Source of the DNA: Octopus sinensis
Lineage: Eukaryota
Reading direction: 5' to 3'
Length of the DNA: 64,000 nucleotides
Assembly (NCBI RefSeq): GCF_006345805.1
Contig: NC_043001.1
Location: forward strand, 77,252,001-77,316,000
Positions 53,040-64,000 of the stretch are shown in pieces. The position numbers and the translations under genes are program-made. Within the stretch, counting starts at the first letter, position 1, and the number at the start of each line of letters is the position of its first letter. The notes beneath the pieces are model-generated. The model saw only the letters and a list, made by a program, of their open reading frames with translations. It ran no database searches and was not told the DNA's origin.

Positions 53040-53385
53040 GCGAAAGCTACGTTGTTATCCTTATTCCATAAACGGTGGCTTTTAACGAGTGGAGAGCTGA
53101 ACCATCCTGGGGTACAGAGTATTCACAATCTAGCCTAGGCTCTGAAAGTTTACCACACCATAGTGGGTTACACCATGGTTCTTCTGCTTTGTGGCAGAAG
53201 TAGGAAGAAAGAGTGAGAAAAAGTTGTGGTGAAAGAGTATAGCGGGGTTCACCCCCCACGCCGAAGCCTTGTGGAACTTAGGTGTTTTTGCTAAATAAAC
53301 ACTCACAATGCCCGGTCTAGGAATCGAAACCGCGTTCTTACGACCGCGAATCCGCTGTTCTAATCACTGGGCTATTGCGCCTCCA
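53040..53385 (-). mobile_element. SINE family C variant
   Basis: Head and body match 9460-9636; sequence beyond ~53205 differs from that copy's tail. Confidence 0.75.
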
Positions 53386-54560
53386 ATGAAGCTGTTGTTG
53401 TTTGAGATTATTTGGTGACCTTTGTTATTGTCATTGTCATCAGTAATAGTGATATCTCTCGTTGTTGTTGTTATGATGTGTTGATCTCTTGTTATTGTGA
53501 TTGTTGTTGGTATTTGGTGTCCTTTGGGTATTGATGTTGTTGCTGTCGTGATAGTTGTGTCGGTTGAAGTCTGTCGTCGCTTTTGTTGTGTTGGCTGACG
53601 TCTCTCCTTGTGGTTGTTGATTCTATATTACTTCTATTCATTAGCGTAATGGGTTCTTTATTTAAACACGTCCTTAATTTGTGGAAGTCATTACTGGCAC
53701 GCCCAATACATAGCGATATCTGTCACATAGTAGGATATGTCAGAGCTTTTAAAAAAGTCTTTCGTTCTGTACTTCACAAAATGTCTCACACAATCACAGT
53801 GTGCGTCTAACTTTCCATTTCATTTCCTCTTTAACAATAATGAACACGGTATCTTTAAGAATGTTTCCAGGTGAATGAAGAAGCTGTCAAACTGCCAATC
53901 TTAGAAAATATCTTTAACGTCCAGTCCTGTGCAAGACAACCGACTGGCCATCTGAATTCTAGATAATGGGTTTAAAACTCGAGATGTATAACTTTCAGAA
54001 ACAATACAGCTATCTCACTCGACCTAGACGGAGAGAACGGTGAGTACAAGAAACGTATGGTTGCATATGTGGCAACCTAAGTCTCGCTGATGGTTATTAT
54101 ATCTAAATCGAGGGAGCTGTGATCATATAACATGTGGTCCTGCTTCTGGAAAAATCTAATATATGACGAGCATTGGCTCGGATTGACAGAGCAAAACAGG
54201 TACTCATTCAGTGCAAGCTTTCTTAGAAGTAAAATTTTCTCTAAAGAATGGTCTTGCATCATCTATTTGGATATCCTGGAAGGGACCTCGGGTCTTCAGT
54301 TTCCCGCGTCATTATGTAAAAACAAAAAAGAAAAAACGTCTTAAGAAGTATGGTTGATTCGTCTATGATTCCTGTCATACTTGGAACCAACTCCAAGGTG
54401 CTGTGAGGTAACATGTGGGGGACACTAAACGAATTCTGGAGTCTAGAAATGGAGAAGGGTGAAGTGAGGGTGTAATACTGCAGAAGAACTGATGTATAAC
54501 TGTATCTGCCTGGAAACATGCAGTACAACACAGACAAGCATACAAGCATCGATGCTCTTG

Positions 54561-54665
<105 letters not shown>

Positions 54666-54763
54666 TATATGTACATACACACGCACACACACACACATAT
54701 ATATATCTATATCTGTGCATACATATATATACATATATACATACATTCATACATACATATATA

Positions 54764-54816
<53 letters not shown>

Positions 54817-54831
54817 TATATAATATATATA

Positions 54832-54877
<46 letters not shown>

Positions 54878-55319
54878 ACACATACAGATAGATATATAGA
54901 TACGTACGTACATATGTATTATATATTACACCCACCCACATATATGTATTACAACATATACATGTACATATGCGTGTGTCCATACACTGCCGTCTTAAGG
55001 TATGGGTAGACTGGGGAATAGGCCGGGGGTGGGGGCCCAATTCTGATCTATGTACGTTTTGTTTTGCTGTCAATAAGTAAATACTATTGGGCCCAGTATA
55101 TTGATTTTCCTTGAGCGGGGTTTACTAGCTGTTTATAATTGGTGCTGCGCATAACTATTCAGCATGCTACCTGGGGTTTGGCGATGACTATTTACCTAGG
55201 CAACAACGACGACTATTCAGGTACGCTGACCAGCAACACATTATCTCTTTTATACTGGAAGTACATATACCTTTGGCTGGCACAGTGATGGTAACATACT
55301 GGCCAGTTATATATACAAT

Positions 55320-55565
55320 GTGGAAGTGCGTGGCTTAGTGGTTAGGGTTGTTGGACAGATGATCGTAAGACTGTGATTTCGATTCCTGGAGCGGGCAACA
55401 CATTGTCTTCTTGAGCAAAGCACTTCATTTCACGTTGCTCCAGTCCACTACGCTGGCAAAAATGAACAGTCCTGCGACGCACCGGTGTTCCGTCCAAGTG
55501 GTGAATTTATACTCCACGAAACCGGGAAAAAGGCCCTTATGAGTCGGCATAACACAAGAAAGTAA
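55320..55565 (+). mobile_element. SINE family D
   Basis: GGCTTAGTGGTTAGGG...TTCGATTCC...TTGAGCAAAGCACTTCATTTCACGTTGCTCCAGTCCAC. Confidence 0.8.
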
Positions 55566-55809
55566 CCCCATACCTTTTTTTAGTTATATACAATAAACAG
55601 TATCACATATTGCTCGGTGGCATATACAACTATAACAGCTCTATCTCTTATATTGAGTGCATTTTTCTAATTTATGGACAGCCAACTGATAATGTATATT
55701 GTATCATGATAAAAAAGGTTTCCAACCACATGGTTCCGAGTTCAGTCCTACTGCGTGGTACCTTGAGCAAGTATCTTTTATTAGTCTCAGGCTAACCAAA
55801 GTGGATTTA

Positions 55810-56178
55810 CTCCTTTACTCTTTTAATTGTTTCAGTCATTTGACTGAAGCCATGCTGGGGCGCCGCCTTTAGTCGAGCAAATCGACCCCAGCACTTATTC
55901 TTTATAAGCCTAGTACTTATTCTATCGGTCTCTTTTGCCGAATCGCTAAGTTACGGGGACGTAAACACACCAGCATCGGTTGTCAAGCGATGTTGGGGGG
56001 GGGGGACAAATACACACACACACACATATATATATACGACTGGCATCTTTCCGTTTCCGTCTACCAAATCCACTCATAAGGCTTTGGTCAGCCCGAGACT
56101 ATAGTAGAAGACACTTGCCCAAGGTGCCACGCAGTGGAACTGAACCCGGAACCATGTGGTTGGTAAGCAAGCTATTTA
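55810..56178 (-). mobile_element. SINE family A, full length
   Basis: Complete tail, body and head. Confidence 0.9.
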
Positions 56179-56186
56179 CCACACAG

Positions 56187-56592
56187 CCGAAAGGGAAAGG
56201 AAACCGGAAAAAGCCCGTCGTATGTGTATGTATGTATGTATGTATGTATGTATGTACGCATGCATGTATGTATGTATGTATGTATGTATGTATGCATGCA
56301 TGCATGCATGTATGTATGTGTGTATGTATGTATTATGTATGTATGTATGTATGTATGTATGTATGTATGTATGCATCTTTGTGTATGTGCTTCTATGCTT
56401 GTGTTGGTCCCCGTTCATTGCTTGACAACTGGTGCTTCTTTGTGTTCCCCAGAACTTAGCGGTTCCGCAAAAAGTATCTGACAGAATAAGCACCAGGTTA
56501 AAAAAAACCCCAAAATCCCCAAATTCTGGAGTCGATTTGCTCAACCAAAGCCTTCAAGGCGGTACCCCAGCATGGCCGCAATCCACTAACTG
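56187..56592 (+). mobile_element. SINE family A, headless copy inverted against 55810-56178
   Basis: GGAAAC...AAGCCCGTCG...AACTTAGCGGTTC...CCCCAGCATGGCCGCA. Confidence 0.8.
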
Positions 56593-57332
56593 AAATCAGT
56601 AATTGATGAAAAATATATATATATATATATATATATCTGTACACAAACAGTCAGACACATATAATACAGAAGAGTGAGTGAAGAGAGGGAGAGAGAGAGG
56701 GGGAAGAGAGAGAGAGAGAGAGGCAGAGAGAGGGAGAAAGAGAGAGGGAGAGGTAGGCAAGTATGTGGTGTAAGAGAGAGAGGTGCCTGTATGCTAACAG
56801 TCAACATGAAAGTGATTTATCAACTTACCTTTCAACAGTGTATGTCAGCAACCTAGTGAAGCGATGGATTCTCATCAGTTAACCATATAAAATTATTACC
56901 ATGACAACACCTTTGATGAAGATTTAACTCTCTTCCCACCACCACCAGCACCACCAAGAAAAAAAAAAAAAAAAAGAGAAAAGAGAACGCATAGAATAAC
57001 ACGCACAAAAAAGAAATAGAATTTGCTTGTTTTCTTATTTTTGGTGATAAATTTGTTATCATACCCCTATGTATGTGAGTGTGTTTGTGTGTATGTATGT
57101 ATGTATGTATTTATGGATGTATGTTTTTATGTATGCATGTATGTATGTGTATATACATGTATATATACATATAGCTAGATATATATGTATACATTATACA
57201 TATATATATATATATACTTATATAAATTGGCACACTTGTGTATGTTTGTGTGGTTGTGCGTATATGTGTGTATGGATGTATGTGTAAGTTATGTGTGTTT
57301 GTGTGTGGCGTGGTAGTGGTGGTGGTGGTGGT

Positions 57333-57382
<50 letters not shown>

Positions 57383-57649
57383 TGTGTGTTTGTGTGTGTT
57401 TGTGTGTGTGTTTCAGTCTGGTGTCGCAATCGGGAGATAACAACAATTTGGAAAACCGATGGAAACCTATTTACTCTGGTTCGATCGGAAGATCGACAGC
57501 CTCATTCGACTTTGGACAGTCTTATAGATAGATAGATTGATAGATAGATAGATAAATACATACATATATGTTATTATATATATATATACATATATATATG
57601 TATGTGTGTAAACATGTATATTTCTATATATTTCTCTCTCTCTCTCTGC

Positions 57650-57688
<39 letters not shown>

Positions 57689-57700
57689 TGAATATATCCA

Positions 57701-58380
57701 TATCTGAACCTTCTCTCTGTGTCTTTTATAATATAGCTCAAAACTCCCGAGAATCACCGAGAACATCCGAGAACCTCTAAAACCGTTCTATTAACGCCAC
57801 TACCATTTTAAGACGCTAGGATAATACCATACTCTTACTACCATGTGCATCAGCAAAGCTTTTGATTCAATTTCTCCCACCGTATATATTCACACAAAAA
57901 TCTACACAACACCACTTTAAGAAGCAACAGACGAAAGACGCTGGTTAGCAACCTATTAGTTAAGTTGCCAAGCCTGGTCATGTACAAGACGTGCAAATCT
58001 AGAATTTACAAAAAATCATCTCTCCGCCATTTTCTCCCTACATATACTGTCTCAAAACACATACTTTCAAATAAAAACTACATTACAGACACTGTGGAAC
58101 AATTATTCCAATCTTATATAGCTCACTCCGCAAGAGCAATGCTTGCAAAGCCTGCTAGGATTCGTCTTATCTCAGCCATGTTCTCATACATATTTCTCTC
58201 TAAACATACTTACGTAAAACATAGTTTTATATCAGCGTCTTAAAATTATAGTGGCGTTAATAGAACGATTTTAGAGGTTCTCGATGGTGATGGTAGTGTA
58301 CGTATTAAATTTTACAGACTAGTTATGAACCATAAGCCATTCTCATATTATAAAAGACACAAAGAGAGGGTTCAGATACG
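57701..58380. mobile_element. MITE-like element with bipartite terminal inverted repeats
   Basis: Outer IR 57701-57736 / 58343-58379; inner 50-bp IR 57768-57817 / 58234-58283; sits in TA-rich microsatellite. Confidence 0.75.
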
Positions 58381-58644
58381 TATGTATGTATGTATGTATG
58401 TATGTATGTATGTATGTATGTATGTATGTATGTATGTATGTATGTATGTATGTATGTATGTACGTACGTACGTATATATGTATGTATGTATGTACGCATG
58501 TATGTGTGTATGTATGTATGCATGTATGTATGTGTGTATGTATGTATATATATATATGTATGTATATGTATCTTTTACTCTTTTTCTCTTATTTGTTTCG
58601 GTCATTTGACTGTGGCCATGCTGGAGCACTGCTTATATATATAT

Positions 58645-58694
<50 letters not shown>

Positions 58695-59261
58695 GCATGA
58701 TTATGTATGTATGTATGCATGTATCTATCTATCTATCTCTCTATCTATAAGACAGTCCAAGGTGAGTGAGTCTGTTAATCTTTCGATACATTCTTTCAAA
58801 TCGAAATTAGTTTACTCGCATATCCTGTCACCAATTCCCAGACACTGTGGCACATTATTATGGTGGAGTTCCAACCCGGGTCGCAGCAACAAAGTTTATC
58901 ATCACCACTGCCTCGATATCCTGAATACATTTTAAGCCAATGTCTACAAGCAAGTTGCCGATGTGTGACGACATTTTCCTCTCCTCACAACTATTCTACT
59001 CATATTGAAATCATCAAGAAACTGGGCCTTCCAGTGCTTGCAAGCATCCGCCTCATCCACTTTTCTCTATATACATACTTCTTCAAAACATAGTCTTAAA
59101 TGGAAACTACGTTACACTTATACAGTTGCTCCCACCGATTCTCAGATATTGCGGCAGAACTGTTTCAAAGTTGCAAATCATCAAGAAACCTAACTTCATA
59201 AGAACTCTTCCAGAACTTGCAAGGATTCGTCTCATTCATTTATCTTTCTTTCTTTTTTTAA

Positions 59262-59582
59262 CTGGCACTCCATCGCATAGGACGACAAGACCTCCAGTTG
59301 ATCCGATCGACGGAACAGCCTCCTCATGAAATTAACGTGCATGTGGCTGAGCACTCTATAGACGCGTGTACCCTTAACATAGTTCTAAAGGCGAATCAGC
59401 GTGACACAGAATATAACAAGATTGACTCTATGAAATACAGGTAATACTCATTTTTGCTAGATGCGTGGACTGGAGCAACGTGAAATAAAGTGCCTTCCAA
59501 AGGATACAATACATCGCCGGGAATTGAACTCACGACGTTATTGTCGTGAGCCGAATACTTTAAACACTAAGTCACACGTCTT
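59262..59582 (-). mobile_element. SINE family D
   Basis: Colinear with 8652-8968. Confidence 0.8.
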
Positions 59583-60890
59583 CAATTTCTATACATACTG
59601 CCACAAAATGGAAACTACATTACACAGATAAAAGCCGCCCCCTCCAGATATTGTGGAACGTGTATTTCAAACTTATACAGATCGCCGAGAAACGTAACTT
59701 CACAAGAAGAACACTTCTAGAACTTATAGGGGTCTATCTTTTGGTCTTTTACTTACGTTACATTCTCTCTGCTCCTCAAAAGTCACAAACTATCTCAGAT
59801 TGTGACCATTTCACACACATTTTGTCCTCAGTCTCCAAACACTACGGGTCAACAACTCCAACCTTACATAAACCATAATGAAACGTAGATCCATAACAAC
59901 GAACTTAAAGTAAGCCTCTTTTCTAATTTCTTCCTTGCAAACACCAGCAGAAAACATCAAAAGCAACCAAACATCTTACATAAAAAACATAGACATATAC
60001 GCATAAACACACATATCGGAAACCAATATGATACATGTTGGGGTGAGCAGAATATGCCAACCAGGTGGAAACGTAACTAGAGGACGGGTGTGAAGGTCGT
60101 GCCTTCTTGTTCGATCAACTATCTTCGTACCTTCGAACTGGTTGTTTTCTTAGGGCTAGCCTAGGGTTAGAAAACAACGACAGCAACATCAACGATGCTT
60201 CTTCCACCATTATTTTCATCAGCAAACCTACGACAAATAATTGTTGTTCTTGTAGATAAGAATACCCTTGAAGACAAAGAAAAAAAAAATCGAAAAATCC
60301 CCAACAAAATCAACGTTACATACCCCCAAGAACGCGTGCCGCGTTGTGGTATTGATGCCATCTTAGTTCTGTGTATATGTGGCGTTTTTTTTTTCTTTTA
60401 GAAATATTTGCATATTGTTTAGTTGTTTTCTTCTCATCACCATTGAAGCGGAACCAATGAGGATGAAATGTGTCTAAATTCACGCTTCATTGAACATTTT
60501 ACTGAGAGACACATTCACACAATTACATTTTACTTTGTTTTTTAAATCTTTTTATTTTTCTGATATTTTCCATCTATTTTTCTTCATATTATTTATATTC
60601 TCTTTTATATTTATTTTTTATATATTTATATTTTTTGCTTGTTTCTTTCTCTCTCCACCTCTCTAGGTATTTAAATACTTTATTTTTGTCTTTTTCTCTT
60701 TCTTTCTTTCTTTCTATCTTTCTTCCTTCAGTTGTTTTGTTGTTGTTTGGTTTCGTTCTTTCTTTTCTCACTCAACTCTTTCGTGAGACAATTAATCTTT
60801 CCAAAAACTAATTCTCTAAAGGGCAATATAAAATGTTTAACAACACAGATACATACACAATCCAAACAAATACACTGCTATACACACTCA

Positions 60891-60929
<39 letters not shown>

Positions 60930-61453
60930 ATACACATAAACACACACACACATGTATGCAGAAGCACTTATATCTAAAAAAAACATACAAGCATACAAAC
61001 ATACGCACATAAATATTCATTCATACGCACATACATTCATGAAAATTAAAACAAAAATAAAATATAACGACACAAACTGAAATTTAACGAAATGATTTTT
61101 ATAACGGAATAAAATTGAAATAAGCAATTATTTCTTGCATAGACATAAAGAGAAATTTTAGTGTAAGGTATGTAATCATTATACCCCCTCCATTGCTTCA
61201 CTGGTGCTTATATCATCCTCTGCACAACGATGAAATGCAAAATGGATATCTTCATGATATAAAAATGTGTAATATATATAGTGTGCAACTAAGTGGTTTT
61301 GGGTTCAGTCCCACTACACGGCAATTTTCGATGAGTGTCTTCTACTATAGCTGATATAGCTACCAATCACAGGTGAGTGAATTGGGATGATCCCAAACCT
61401 GTCTGCTGTAAAAGTCCGCCGTGTATCTATCTATCTATCTATCTATCTATCTA

Positions 61454-61517
<64 letters not shown>

Positions 61518-61639
61518 GTATCTATCTATCTATGTATCTATCTATCTATGTATCTATCTATTTATCTATCTAACTATCTATCTATATATCTATCTATCAC
61601 CCCCTCTCTCTCTTTATATATATTTATATATATATATAT

Positions 61640-61699
<60 letters not shown>

Positions 61700-61994
61700 T
61701 GACAGAAGACAGAAAATGGAATGAATGACATTCTTTGTCTAAAAATCACTACAATTGTTTTCACACATTCTTACACCTTTAGTACATATACGAGATGCTG
61801 TACCTTACATCCAAGTTGTAAAATGCACTTCCTCAGATGATTGTGTAAATAAGTTCTTCGTTAGATCCTCTCGCCATTTCACACGGTTTGATAATGAATA
61901 CTCAGAGTGATGTGTCGTTCCTTGCAGTTTACAGACAAAAACTAAAACCACAGAATTTGTGACAGACAAAATACATTACAATAAAAATACAAAA

Positions 61995-62262
61995 TACGGT
62001 GGGGCAAACAGAGACGCACAAACATACACACACACACACGCACACGCATACACACATGCACGCACACACACACACACACACACATACACACACACATATA
62101 TATATACGACGAGCTTCTTTCAAGTTTCCGTCTACCAAATCCAATCACAAGGCTTTGGTCGGCCCGAAGCCATTATAGAAGACACTTACACAAGGCCCTG
62201 CACACTGGGACTGAACCCGTAACCATGTAGTTGGTAAGGAAGCTACTTACCACACAGCCGCT
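61995..62262 (-). mobile_element. SINE family A, head and body
   Basis: CAAGGCTTTGGTCGGCCCGA...GGGACTGAACCCG...ACCACACAGCC. Confidence 0.85.
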
Positions 62263-62332
62263 CCATATTTATATGATGAAGGTGAATTCTCTTGTGAACT
62301 ATAAAAGAGGGTTCAGTAAGATAAAGCGTTAA

Positions 62333-62640
62333 TCATGTTCTATAGACACAAATGTGTCTCTTGAGGCCTACCGGTGCCTTGCAAACCTTTTGGCAAATGG
62401 AACAAGTTGAGGACTCGGTTTGCTTGAGCGCTTGTGAATAATTCACTTTGTGTTTTCTGGAGTGGATGGGCAAGGCCTGCTTTGCTTCGTGCCACAAGAC
62501 CACAACTACAGGTAATGTTTCCATTTTGAGGAGCAGCGTTTTTCCAGCGTACCTTCATGCTTGCACGAAGATGATCCCGATGCTGGAGTCAAATTTGCTG
62601 AAATATTTGAACTGAGGAGCAGCAGAACTGTAACTAGTTC
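62333..62640 (-). mobile_element. LINE (probably RTE) C-terminal fragment with C2H2-like motifs
   Basis: Across frames: TCSCGLVARSKAGLA..HSRKH and CSICQKVCKAPVGLKRH, similar to the C..C.R.C.S..GL..H.R tail of RTE ORFs. Confidence 0.65.
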
Positions 62641-62789
62641 CTGCGTTCTGATGCTTTGTTTTTCCCAGGAAGAACAGGGAATGTTGCATCGCTTCACATT
62701 GTTTTTTAGTTTGTCTTTTTATGTATGTTTGTTTGTATGTATGTATGTATGTATGTGTCTGTCTGTCTGTCTCTCTGTTTGTCTGTCTG

Positions 62790-62912
<123 letters not shown>

Positions 62913-64000
62913 ATATATATAATTCTTCTTGTTTCATATCACTCAGCACAGACACTGCTTTCTCCTTCTACTTTTGTAAAATGTGAAAAAGAGAGAATCA
63001 AAGAAAAAAGTGTCTTGGTATCTTATACTCTCTCTCTCTGTGGTCCCTCTGTGTGTGTGTGTGTATATATGTAATACTAGAGAATTTGAGAATTACACAT
63101 CTGCACATGTGTATCCTGTATCTGTAGATGTAGGTCACCAAGTCATTCGGACAATTAATATTATTTGATAAGTTTTGGAAACGCAATTTTTATAGTGCTA
63201 TTTCAAATTAGCGGCTTTCAGCTGTCAGCGATTTGTTGATGAACATTTGATGAAGAATAAACACAAGTCATAGTAAAAAATATACAGAAACGTAGCGTGT
63301 AAAGAATATTTGAAAAAATGTAAATACAAAAAGAAATGTTATTAATAATAAGCGAAAGATGAATTAAAGACAAATTAGATAATATAACAAAGTAACGTGT
63401 ATTGTTTGAAAAAAAAGTGTAAAATGAAATGGCTGCCGAAATGAAAGTAAACATGCGTTTTGGATTATAGATGCACATGTGTTTCATATTATGCCGTCTA
63501 AAGAAAACATCGTTTTTATATCATTAACGTAGACCACCCATATCAGGCATACATATACTGGTGTATGTTTAAATGATATACTTAAAAGATAAATGAGTAT
63601 ATCTTGTTTAATTTTTGTATATATTTTGTACGGAAGAGAAATTACATCAACTTCCATCTCACTTTAATACTAGAGAGAAAGAAAAAACAAAAATGAAATA
63701 AATATTTCGGAGGTGTATTTGGCAGGAAAGTGATGTGATCTGAAACTGTATGTTGTAACTAAGACTAAAACTTTCTGAAATTTAGGCTGTGCAAATAATT
63801 TGCCACCGAAGAGAAAGAGAAACGTGAGGCCCTCAATAGAGTGAAGAAACAACTTACAGGCCACGAAATGGAATATTTCAAACACGTATTCCGACAGGAA
63901 TGTAACTTTTTGGAACAGATGCATACAACACGTTTAGAAAAAGCTAACATGGGCTATACAACTACCAAACAATCAACTTGGAGGACTTGATACGATTGGT

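Noticed and set aside
53999-54039. Possible 41-nt exon (TTTCAG|...|GTGAGT; KQYSYLTRPRRRE loosely like an NPF/NPY end)
   Set aside because: Lacks the RF/RY-GKR amidation signature; no supporting exons.
63801-63980. ~60-codon plus-strand frame (ATEEKEKREALNRVKKQL...)
   Set aside because: Bounded by stops, no recognisable family, at the window edge.

Overview
Eukaryotic, AT-rich, almost entirely repetitive DNA. The microsatellite load and tRNA-derived SINE repertoire point to an octopus/coleoid cephalopod genome (inference, no search run). There is a 100-N scaffold gap at 33817-33916. I recognise no named host gene. The best coding candidate is an orphan ~237-codon frame at 43152-43866 broken by one 1-nt frameshift. 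Content: dozens of SINE copies from at least six families (labelled A-F here; these are my local labels, not database names), a 5S rRNA-derived element, decayed LINE fragments (L1/Tx1-like, R4/Dong-like, RTE), a Penelope-like GIY-YIG fragment, a probable non-autonomous Helitron, MITE-like inverted repeats, 17-bp and 34-bp minisatellites, and many simple repeats. The most notable signal is a set of type I minimal hammerhead ribozyme motifs from several unrelated sequence families in the first 10.5 kb. One of them is the tail of a tRNA-headed SINE-like element present as a head-to-head inverted pair (9723-10329). Ribozyme coordinates were checked base by base; most repeat boundaries are approximate (about +/-10-20 bp).
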